Assembly (NCBI GenBank): GCA_964187785.1 | Contig: OZ076420.1 | Coordinates: 20,274,001-20,338,000, forward strand | Source of the DNA: Amphiscolops sp. MND2022 | Taxonomy: Eukaryota | Length of the DNA: 64,000 nucleotides | Reading direction: 5' to 3' | Shown here: positions 12,232 through 23,167 of the stretch, one piece after another | Position numbering within the stretch: the first letter of the stretch is position 1 | Layout: every line of letters starts with the position of its first letter | The notes under the pieces: model-generated | What the model was told of the DNA's origin: nothing | The model's input: the letters and a program-made list of their open reading frames with translations, nothing else | Database searches by the model: none | Made by a program: the position numbers and the translations under genes

Positions 12232-14806
12232 TGTCGCAGGCTGCCGCCTGTGACGGTACGGTAGTGACTACATCGGCAAACGGGCAGGAGTTTGTACCCG
12301 GAACACTACCCATCTATTGATCAGGTTAAAACACAGAACTTAAAACTTTCACGCCATTTTGTTATTCAAACCATATTATGTTTGTTAATGTTGCTAGCCT
12401 TAATATATACTTGCACATGTAAAATTAGTCTGTTAAAAGTTACATTTGAAGGTCCAAATAATGCAATTGTGACTTTAAAGATTGAAAGGTGCTTTGCAAT
12501 TATAAAAGTAATACGTGGCAGTATAGCTGTACAACGTAAAGGAAACGAGTTCAAGTGAGCGAAACTCTTATTCCGGAGACGTCAATTGAACTCAACATAT
12601 TAGCCAATCACATCGCTTCCCTTTGCTATATTAGTACTGCTTTGATTGTATAGTGGCCGAGTATGGCCAACTGACTCAATATATACACTGCACTACGCGC
12701 TTTGGTCAAATGGCCGGTTCCGGCCACATAGATGAAATGAATTGTATACTCGTGTAATTAACCATACTAATCGGAAAATGCTGTAAATATACCCTTAATG
12801 ATGAATGAAACCTTCCATACCAATCAGTGCACCTAATAGACCTAGTGTTAATTTAAAGGCCTAATAAGGCTTTCGCCCTCCCTTATTATGATGCTAGATT
12901 AATAAACCGGATTTGTCCATTTTCGGCCTTGGTAAAAGGCGTGTTACTTTGATAGTGTAGTATTGTTTTAAACAAGCCGAACATGTAATATTTGATCTTG
13001 TTTCAATCTATGTTAAATGATGAACGCGTGGCAACGCGTGTCACAATGGCACTTCAAAAGGGATGCCTCTTGCATTCCTTCAGTGAGTATTGGTATTTGT
13101 TGACAAGATTATAGTGATGATGTTTTCATAAAACAATAATTAAAGGTGCGGTTTGTATACTTATCGAAGCGTTATTTATTTGATGTTGGATTCCTAGAAA
13201 TTACCTGAATGTCAGGAGTTTACCCGGTTGAGGCTTCAAACAAATATGTGCTTTGAAGTGTTGGTTACTTTACTAGTAATAATGATGATGTTTATCCCGT
13301 GACCTGTTAAGGCCACGATCATGTAATATTTGTCTTAATCAAAGAATCCGTGGAATGTGACTGTCACCTTTCGAGAGTATATATACCCATGTGTCGAGAG
13401 GAGAAGTCATAATTTCCACATCCTTGCTTGGATAAAGATTGAATTGACATAGCGATTCCTAACTAGTTTTCTGGTTTAAATAATTGAATTATTTGACCCA
13501 GTTCTGTCTTGATGCCTACTACAAGAAAACAAAAGAAAGCGAGGAAATCGAGAGGGATAGAGATGCTCTCAGATATAGAAAACTTAGATATTATGCTTGG
13601 CGAAAACCACTATGACAGAAATGAACGGGAAGAGAGTGTCATTAGTAATCAGGCTAGGAGACCGAGAAGTCTCTCAAGAGATGACACGAGGTAACATGAG
13701 GGAAACTCCTAAGAGTACCATAGAGCTCAAATTCGAAGTTGGTGACATTGAGTTCCATGAAATCTTTATAGTAATGGAACATCTGACAGGACCAATCATT
13801 GGACTAATGTTCCTTCAAAGAAATCAAACAGTACTGGACATGAGACAAGGAATCCTGAATTTCCCGTTCTTCTCAATGCAGCTCAAAACAGCTGATCACA
13901 AATACTCAAATGTCCTAGAACCAATTCTCAACCCTACTGAGATAGCCATTCCACCAAACGAGGTAACATGTTGGTTACTTTACTAGTAATAATGATGATG
14001 TTATCCCGTGACCTGTTAAGGCCACGATCATGTAATATTTGTCTTAATCAAAGAATCCGTGGAATGTGACTGTCACCTTTCGAGAGTATATATACCCATG
14101 TGTCGAGAGGAGAAGTCATAATTTCCACATCCTTGCTTGGGTAAAGATTGAATTGACATAGCGATTCCTAACTAGTTTTCTGGTTTAAATAATTGAATTA
14201 TTTGATCCAGTTCTGTCTTGATGCCTACTACAAGAAAACAAAAGAAAGCGAGGAAATCGAGAGGGATAGAGATGCTCTCAGATATAGAAAACTTAGATAT
14301 TATGCTTGGCGAAAACCACTATGACAGAAATGAACGGGAAGAGAGTGTCATTAGTAATCAGGCTAGGAGACCGAGAAGTCTCTCAAGAGATGAGTTTGAA
14401 AACAATGACGAGAATAATTACTTAGAAACGGGTAGTTTTGGTCCCGGTACAAGTGCCAACCATGGCCAAAATTCGACAGGAGGCAATTCAAGTGCAGAGA
14501 TCAATAGATTGTCCAGTGAGTTGAATTCGAGGCTATCTAGAGAACTTGATGACATGATGAGTAGTGTTAATACCCAGATCCAGAGAGCAATCAACGACAC
14601 GATCAGTGGTCAAATTATACCACAAATTCAATCTGCCTTGAATGCCGGATCTGGACAGTCGACATTAAATAAATGGAACGTTCCGTCCGAGAGACCTGAA
14701 GCGAATTCCGAAGAAACCTATAGTGAGAAAGCCAAGAAAAGCAAAAGAAGTGAGCAACGCATTGATTACCAAAATGGCAGTCAGCCTAACCTACGTGCTT
14801 ACGACA
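12232..14806 (+). repeat. 5' LTR (2575 bp) with an internal duplication and an inserted pol fragment
   Basis: Near-identical to 17752-19606 apart from the 13685-13968 insertion and a repeat of 13259-13684 starting at 13969. Confidence 0.92.
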
Positions 14807-14820
14807 TGGTGACAGGAGAC
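14807..14820 (+). promoter_or_regulatory. Primer-binding site TGGTGACAGGAGAC (resembles the tRNA-Leu-type PBS TGGTGTCAGGAG)
   Basis: Immediately follows the LTR terminal CA and starts with TGG, complementary to tRNA CCA. The tRNA identity is inferred. Confidence 0.75.
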
Positions 14821-15929
14821 AACGAATCTCCAATCGAGGCTCCTGAGTTTCTCACGGGACGAATGCCACCAAGAAACCATCTTCACAGTTCCCATGACAA
14901 CTTCGATTCACTACTAGACACGACGATCCCAGCACAAGAAAGAAATGCTTAGGCCCCTGAACTAGACCCCATCAACCGACTGGCTGATGTCCTGACAAGC
15001 ATGCAAAATCGTCCTTCAGCCGAACAGCTCACTATCCGCCCAGTCAACTCAAACACAATGACTTTCGATGGCAAAAGTGAGAAATTTGAGCGGTTTGAGG
15101 ATCTGTTCCACACGATGATCAAGATGCAGCCTGAAATGTCTGAAAAGATTAAAATTAACCATTTTCATTCGCTGCTAAGGAAAAACGCCTTACAAACATT
15201 CCGAAACATTAGCACAGCCAATCGACAGACACTTGAAGACGTATTAGTCATATTTCGACGAAAATACGTCAAACCTGAATCTCAAGCAACTGCCAAACAC
15301 AAATGACACCGTCTGGTGTTTGATCCAAACACAACAAAACTACCAGATTTCCTTGAAGAATTGAAACAAGATGCAGAAAAAGCGTTTGGAGACAACGCCC
15401 AAAAAACGATTGACAGCCTCCTATACGCAAAACTGCCACCGAAACTAAAAAGATCAGTTAATATGGCTAGATTAGAAAATGGCTCATATGATGAGATAGT
15501 TGCTCATTTGGAGAGAGAATTGGAGCTTAACGCCCTCGAGGAGTCAGACGACCTACCAATGGCGACAATGACTTCCTCATCCGCCAAGCCTAAAACTCCT
15601 CTGTCCACTGCGCAAATGTCAGACATCACTTGCAATTACTGCAAGGAAAAGGGCCACATGGTCAAGGACTGCAAAAAATTGAAAAAGAAAAAAGAGAAAG
15701 ATGCCCAACAAGGCAAGTCGACCCAGAAGAAAACATATCCGGAGTGTGGCACTTGTGGCAGAAAGAACAACCCGGAGGAAAGATGTTGGCAAGGTGGCGG
15801 TGCACATCTTAAACCCAAACGCACTAGGCCCGAAGACTCAACTGACAATAAGCCCAACCCAAAAGCTCAGAAACCTCAGCACAAGCAAACTTCATCAAGC
15901 TCCCAATCCTCATCTTCCAATGATGAGTC

Positions 15930-15936
15930 AAAAAAC
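15930..15936 (+). promoter_or_regulatory. Candidate -1 ribosomal frameshift slippery heptamer A-AAA-AAC at the gag/pol boundary
   Basis: The heptamer directly precedes the gag TAA. The -1 frame is open from here into pol (same frame as ORF 16035..16616). Confidence 0.7.
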
Positions 15937-17840
15937 TAACTTCGCCACGACTCCAATACAACGAACTAATATCTGTCCGACAATACATCAGATCGGACCC
16001 TCCAACGCAAACTTTTCATCAATACAATCAGCAATTGATGTGCTATCCCTCTGTTGTCTGGCAGCAGCAGATGGAAAAAGCTACCATCATCACTTACAAT
16101 AACACCCATTTGTTCCAGAAACCAATTCCTGTTCGGGATCCTGATTATACAACTACCTTTGCAACACGGTTCAGGCCCATTCCCCTGATCGATTATTACA
16201 ATCCAACATACATCGATCCAGACTACGGCAGAGATACCTACTGGGATACCGAGCTTTACAACCAAGATTCACTGCAATTTCAGTATGTCCTGGACGATAT
16301 TGACCATTATAACAGAACAGTCCACGAGAACCCTCCAATTACACATAACAAGAAAACACGAGCGCTAATCGAAAACTGGCAAATGAATGATGGTACAAAC
16401 CATCCAGTGTTCCCAAACCCATTGGGGACCGAGAATCCTGAAAACAGTGGCGAATCCACGCCACAATCATTATTAGATGAAAAACAATTCCAAAATGTAC
16501 TCATCACCAGAGATGGTGAACCAAACTGCATACCTCTGTCAACCAACATTAACCTCAAATGCAAGAAACGCATGCTTTACTTCCCAATGGACTTTGGGGA
16601 ACTGACCATTGATTGATTAATAGACACTGGGGCACTGTCCAGTGCAATCCCTGAAATGGACCTCCGGAAAATCCGCCTCCTATCTCCACAATCTGTTATA
16701 CGAGAAGGTCCACCTCCGAACTTCCAAATCATGGTCGCGAATGGGCAACGGGAAACTCCTAAGAGTACCATAGAGCTCAAATTCGAAGTTGGTGACATTG
16801 AGTTCCATGAAATCTTTATAGTAATGGAACATCTGACAGGACCAATCATTGGACTAATGTTCCTTCAAAGAAATCATACAGTACTGGACATGAGACAAGG
16901 AATCCTGAATTTCCCGTTCTTCTCAATGCAGCTCAAAACAGCTGATCACAAATACTCAAATGTCCTAGAACCAATTCTCAACCCTACTGAGATAGCCATT
17001 CCACCAAACGATAGAGTCCTAATCAGGACCAACTCCTTATTTAACCCTGAGAATGCGGTTACTGGGATTTTGCAACCGAGCGACCTTCTACACGAAGAAG
17101 GCGACATCACATTCTGCCCAGCATTGGTCACTCTGAATGATGGCAATATAATGATACCAGTGAACAACTTCACAGACCACCCTTACAAACTCAAAAAGGG
17201 ACTTCATATTGCCAATTTCTCAGTCATGACGCCAGAACAGATGAAGTACGTCAAACCGGTAGACCCGGCTTCAACCTGGCACCTTTTGCAAAATGACCAA
17301 GAACAAGCGGCCCATTACGTCAGCAGCCTCATCAAGACAAACAGAAATCCTCAAAACTCTGAAAATTACTGGTTCCCAACTCCAGAAAATCCTGGAAACC
17401 CCGAGGAACACACTCCAATACAGAAACGAATCCTACGGGAATTACAGGCCTTACAGGACCTGGAGACGCTTGACCCCACCAAAGATGAACAATCTCGCGC
17501 AAAATTCCTGGAAAACTTTGATTGGAAAGACTCCACCCTTACTCCTGAAGAAAAGGAGAAAATTGAGGAGGTACGTTATACCGGATGCATGGTTTGCGGC
17601 CGCTTGGTGGACTCAATCAAGGACGAAAAGCTGAAATGGTATATGCAACGATCTACACCGAGAGACGAACCTGGATACATCACGAGGCTCAGAAAGGAAG
17701 CATATGAAAACGGACTTAATGCTGGCTGTTTTCTTTTTATCACACCCGCAGTGTCGCAGGCTGCCGCCTGTGACGGTACAGCAGTGACTACATCGGCAAA
17801 CGGGCAGGAGTTTGTACCCCGAACACTACCCATCTATTGA
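15933..17840 (+). pseudogene. pol: pol remnant: aspartic protease (LIDTGALSS, DTG at 16623-16631) and a dUTPase-like segment, then an in-frame jump at ~17570 to the element's 3' terminal ORF
   Basis: One premature TGA at 16614-16616. No YxDD RT motif. The ORF runs about 29 codons into the 3' LTR. Confidence 0.85.
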
Positions 17841-19606
17841 TCAGGTTAAAACACAGAACTTAAAACTTTCACGCCATTTTGTTATTCAATACATATTATG
17901 TTTGTTAATGTTGCTAGCCTTGATATATACTTGCACATGTAAAATTAGTCTGTTAAAAGTTACAATTGAAAGTCCAAATAATGTAATTGTGACTTTAAAG
18001 ATTGAAAAGTGCTTTGCAATTATAAAAGTAATACGTGGCAATAAAGCTGTACAACGTAAAGGAAACGAGATCAAGTGAGCGAAACTCTTATTCCGGAGAC
18101 TCAACATATTAGCCAATCACATCGCTTCCCTTTGCTATATTAGTACTGCTTTGATTGTATAGTGGCCGAGTATGGCCAACTTACCCAATATATACACTGC
18201 ACTACGCGCTTTGGTCAAATGGCCGGTTCCGGCCACATAGATGAAATGAATTGTATACTCGTGTAATTAACCATACTAATCGGAAAGTGCTGTAAATGTA
18301 CCCTTAATGATGAATGAAAGCTTCCATATCAATCAGTGCACCTAATAGACCTAGTGTTAAATTAAAGGCCTAATAAGGCTTTTGCCCTCCCTTATTATGA
18401 TGCTAGATTAATAAACCGGATTTGTCCATTTTCGGCCTTGGTAAAAGGCGTGTTACTTTGATAGTGTAGTATTGTTTTAAACAAGCCGAACATGTAATAT
18501 TTGATCTTGTTTCAATCTATGTTAAATGATGAACGCGTGGCAACGCGTGTCACAATGGCACTTCAAAAGGGATGCCTCTTGCATTCCTTCAGTGAGTATT
18601 GGTATTTGTTGACAAGATTATAGTAATGATGTTTTCATAAAACAATAATTAAAGGTGCGGTTTGTATACTTATCGAAGCGTTATTTATTTGATGTTGGAT
18701 TCCTAGAAATTACCTGAATGTCAGGAATTTACCCTGTTGAGGCTTCAAACAAATATGTGCTTTGAAGTGTTGGTTACTTTACTAGTAATAATGATGATGT
18801 TTATCCCGTGACCTGTTAAGGCCACAATCATGTAATATTTGTCTTAATCAAAGAATCCGTGGAATGTGACTGTCACCTTTCGAGAGTATATATACCCATG
18901 TGTCGAGAGGAGAAGTCATAATTTCCACATCCTTGCTTTGATGAAGATTGAATTGACATAGCGATTCCTAACTAGTTTTCTGGTTTAAATAATTGAATAA
19001 TTTGACCCAGTTCTGTCTTGATGCCTACTACAAGAAAACAAAAGAAAGCGAGGAAATCGAGAGGGATAGAGATGCTCTCAGATATAGAAAACTTAGATAT
19101 TATGCTTGGCGAAAACCACTATGACAGAAATGAAAGGGAAGAGAGTGTCATTGGTAATCAGGCTAGGAGACCGAGAAGTCTCTCAAGAGATGAGTTTGAA
19201 AACAATGACGAGAATAATTACTTAGAAACGGGTAGTTTTGGTCCCGGTACAAGTGCCAACCATGGCCAAAATTCGACAGGAGGCAATTCAAGTGCAGAGA
19301 TCAATAGATTGTCCAGTGAGTTGAATTCGAGGCTATCTAGAGAACTTGATGACATGATGAGTAGTGTTAATACCCAGATCCAGAGACCAATCAACGACGC
19401 GATCAGTGGTCGAATTATACCACAAATCCAATCTGCCTTAAATGCCGGATCTGGACAGTCGACATTAAATAAATGGAACGTTCCGTCCGAGAGACCTGAA
19501 GCGAATTCCGAAGAAACCTATAGTGAGAAAGCCAAGAAAAGCAATAGAAGTGAGCAACGCATTGATTACCAACATGGCAGTCAGCCTAACCTACGTGCTT
19601 ACGACA
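17752..19606 (+). repeat. 3' LTR (1855 bp), carrying a copy of the gag N-terminal ORF (19021-19606)
   Basis: TGTCGCAGG...CTTACGACA. Matches the 5' LTR with scattered substitutions and one ~11-bp indel. Confidence 0.93.
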
Positions 19607-20306
19607 CTCGGTATGTCAGCAGACATTTCTCGGTTTCTTTGTAGAAGTTTAAAAAACTCTGTCGGCTCTATCAAAATCGTAAGATTGCTGATTGCGGAGT
19701 ATTGTAATTTTAGGTTAATAACTACAATGGAAAATTCAATCAATATAGTTTTAGTTTGAGTAAATGCACAAAGTAGCGACTGCCTCTCGGCGCAATTTAT
19801 CATCTGACGTTACAAATTATTCTGTTGCCCTCGACGGTAGGTTTTAAAGGACTTTTTGTATACCAGTCAGGACGGTTTTTTAGTACCGACGGATTTGTAA
19901 AGGAATGTCACTGAAAAGAATGGAAGTATGTTATACTTTTTGTTGACAAAAATGTTGAAAAATTGGTTCAAGAAGTATTCCATTCCCCCATATATGACAT
20001 ACGAGTGGAAAGAAAAATGGTTGAGTAACTTTGTTTTCTCAGGCTTTCCTAGTTCAGTTTCTACAAAAAACGAAAGATATAACTTCTCCGATACTGCCGG
20101 TTGAATTACAAACTAGCTGTTCTGTTTTTAAGGTCTATTTACTTCAAGGTATATTTGTGCCAATTTTGAAACAGATATTATACAGTTCATCCGTCCTGAC
20201 CTCTACAGTGTTTCGGTCTAGCCTACCTGCAAGTTGTTGAAAAACAAACTTGAATGAACTGAATCTGTACTGTTTGTTTATACTACAGTTTTGTTATGAA
20301 TTGGGT

Positions 20307-22412
20307 TGTCACAGCCCGCTCCCGGACTGGTTTGTAACTGTAAATGAGTCCGCATCGAGAGAGGACACGGATGCAAGTCGAGATCAACAAGATGGTCTTT
20401 TTACACTTGTAAATCTTTCTAGTGAAAATGAACTGTGACTTAACGAAGAAAACATACCAATTTTCAAAACTCTAAAATGAAAATGAATACCAAACCTGAA
20501 CAAATTGAAAAGATTTCACGCATTTCCGTGTAGACGTTCAAGCTGCGCCAAAAATGAGTCCATTCTCCACCTGACAACCTAATTAAAATACGCGTCTTCA
20601 TAAGATCTAAAATGAATATCACATTGCACGATGACAATGAAAGCATTTCTCCTTTCGCAGGAAGGCAGCTTATTTCTAGACTTGGAAAGCAACTAATTCT
20701 GAAAAGGACGGTATTAAGTCTCTAAATAAATAAACACTGCTTTAGGAGGCATTGAAAAATTTTTATGACGTCACGGCAACGGCAGAAAGCTGGCTTTCTC
20801 TCCAAGACTACATCGTGCTCACATCACAGTGATGGCAGCTAGCTAAATACCAGTCCAAAAATTACGTCAGCCATACGTCCACCATTATGGCTAGTTAGGA
20901 CTAGCATCAATTTAACAACCACACTACGTCACAAATTTATGAGAATCAATGTTTTGACTGATATTAAAATTGAAAGGTCTGCCGTCTCAGCAAGGGAATA
21001 TTGGATAAAACTAGCTCAAATTTGCGACGGTATTACGCAGATTAATGTAGGAGACAGGAACTCACATTCTTACGTTGAACCATCGCTACTTATTAAAAGG
21101 GTAACACAGGCGAAAAATTTTATTATTCTAAGCAAAAGTAACAGTTTATAGTTATTTACAAGATAGATCTGCTAGCATTTTGTTCAATTTTATAATTTTT
21201 GATACAACACTCAATACTTGATGATTTTCACCTTTTAGTTCTAAACAAATCTAATAATGTCGTGCAATATTTGTTGGAAATTAACCTTAATGTTGAAATA
21301 TTACTGAATAATTGTGTTGTTGCTTTCATAATCATATTTTCTGTTGGTAATTGACGTCGTCGTAACGTTCGCCAAATTGTCATTGATGTGCCTAATTGAA
21401 AACTGAGACTGATTGAGCAGAACAATGAAATCTTCACCATATTATTGAACCTTCTTCCTTTCCTGGCATCATTTCAAAATGTCGTTTTGGGAATTAGCTA
21501 TAATTTTTGTCAAGTTGAAATTCAAAATCAGGTACTAGTTGTTCACGTCAGCGTCATCTCCGCGTCAAATTTCCCCCGAACAGAAGCAATAAAACAAGCA
21601 AACATTTCCAGTTTGATAGGGGGAAGTAACATCTACTTCTTGCTTGTGACTCCCGACTTCCCGAATGTGGAATCCGAGAAGACTACCATGCATTCTCGAG
21701 TTTTTGCCCACCATTTCCCGACTTTTTGAGTTTTGGAAGGCCTTGCCGGGTACCCCTTTGTAATGGAGGAAATAAAAAGGACACCGGAATGAAATGAAAT
21801 GGTCATGTGTGAAGACTAGTATCAGAATAATAATCTTGTGCTTAGATTGTGACAAATTGTCGACGTAAAGTTGAGAATCTAAATTAAATTCACCCCAAGA
21901 TTACAAGAATAGACTAATTGTTCAAGGAAAATTCAGGTACGCCATCGTGATTGATTGATGCTAGGAGGGTATATATAGTTTACGTTTGTAAAATTATTCA
22001 TTTTTCTGCGATCTTGTATGAAACTCAACTTTGTTTTGTTTAAACAATAGTTTTGCAAATCTAAATTCAAAACCAACAAGCTCGAGAATGTTTTCATCAA
22101 GCTGTCAACAAGAAGTCAAAAGAGAAGAAATATTCTTCAAGAAAGCACCGGGAATGTAAGTGAATTTGTATTTTCTCCGATTTTGGTTGAATATGGAGGT
22201 TTAAGAGAGTAAGACGTCATTGTAGGGGGACTTTCTCACGCTAAATCTCCAAGAGTTGAAAATAGTACTTTAGAGAGTCTGCTCAAACGTAAATCAGGAG
22301 AAAATATTAGTGAGGAAGGCGAGACAATTCCCGAAAGTTAATCTAGGAGCTTTTTACTCCTACCAAATACGTTAGACCTACCAAAACAACGACCCTTATC
22401 CAAGTCGTAACA
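20307..22412 (+). mobile_element. Solo LTR (2106 bp) of a related Gypsy family, with a decayed gag N-terminus at ~22102-22412
   Basis: TGTCACAGCCCGCTCCCGG...GTCGTAACA. Flanks TGGGT/CGGGT form a 5-bp TSD with one mismatch. Remnant STRSQKRRN...KSPRVENS is homologous to ORF 22727..23209. Confidence 0.8.
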
Positions 22413-22767
22413 CGGGTGTTCGCGAACAGAAACTTATTTCAGTAATTACTGATTTTCCTAACCCTTGTGCTCGAATTAAACAAGAAGAAGATAACCAAGC
22501 ATTGATACAGCGACATTAATTGAATCTTTATGTCAAAATTGAACTGTTTTTATGCAATTGCTTTGCTGCTCGGCTACAAAAGAAAGACTTGTTCTGCGTA
22601 GAGAGATGATGAGTTTTAAAGTCAAGAGCTTAAACTAAGTTTTCATGTGATTCCATACATGAAACCATATAACCCATGACTTTATACTTTTCCATCAATG
22701 GAAGATGCAAGAATTTCACGCTGTAATTAAAAGAGGTGTTTATCCACTATGGCCTCCTGCTTCGGGG

Positions 22768-23167
22768 TGTTACGAATTATGCTATGATCTTCGTTTTGGG
22801 TAGAATTAATTCGCACTGTTTTCGTTGGAGTATAGAGGTTTCGCGTTTCATTTTCTAGCTCTTCTGATGCCTGATCCCTTACGTTTTCTTTCGTTTCAGA
22901 TCTCAAGAGTTTCAACATTTCCTTTTGGGACTCGAGCAAAAGAGCCCTAATCTCGGACGTTATTTCTTCCTTCAGAGAGGACCTTGTGCTTTCCAAGAAG
23001 CTATTTTCTACTCTCGGGGACTTGGGTCTCGAAGGACCCGCTAATTCTACGTTTTGGTCTAAAGGACAAGAATTCTCCATATTTATTGGCGATACAAATC
23101 CTTCACTTACGTTATCATCAGCTTCTCGCTGGGTATTCTTTCTCTTTTGGCTTCGTGTTGTAGACAT
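22768..23167 (-). pseudogene. gag N-terminal ORF inside the solo LTR (MSTTRSQKRKN...HSIIRN)
   Basis: ATG at 23167. 133 intact codons run to the LTR end. The basic N-terminus resembles MPTTRKQKKARK of the neighbouring element. Confidence 0.75.

Larger units (their letters stand above)
14221..15939 (+). pseudogene. gag: gag with two premature stops (14950-14952, 15304-15306); CCHC zinc knuckle CNYCKEKGHMVKDC and a degenerate second knuckle
   Basis: Track ORFs 14218..14952, 15001..15306 and 15316..15939 are all one frame. Contains a capsid-like FDGKSEKFERFEDLF segment. Confidence 0.88.
12232..19606 (+). mobile_element. Ty3/Gypsy-type LTR retrotransposon, internally deleted (no RT/RNase H/integrase), non-autonomous
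   Basis: LTRs bounded by TGTCG...CGACA. Perfect 5-bp TSD CTCGG (12227-12231 and 19607-19611). PBS after the 5' LTR, gag with a CCHC knuckle, aspartic protease DTG. Confidence 0.95.

Noticed and set aside
13361-13368. CTGTCACC in the LTR is complementary to the PBS (Tf1-style self-priming)
   Set aside because: Only 8 nt, and upstream of the TATA-like box, so probably not at the transcript 5' end. A tRNA-type PBS is the simpler explanation.
13597-13986. 129-aa ORF as a separate gene
   Set aside because: It is a chimera of LTR sequence and the duplicated pol fragment.
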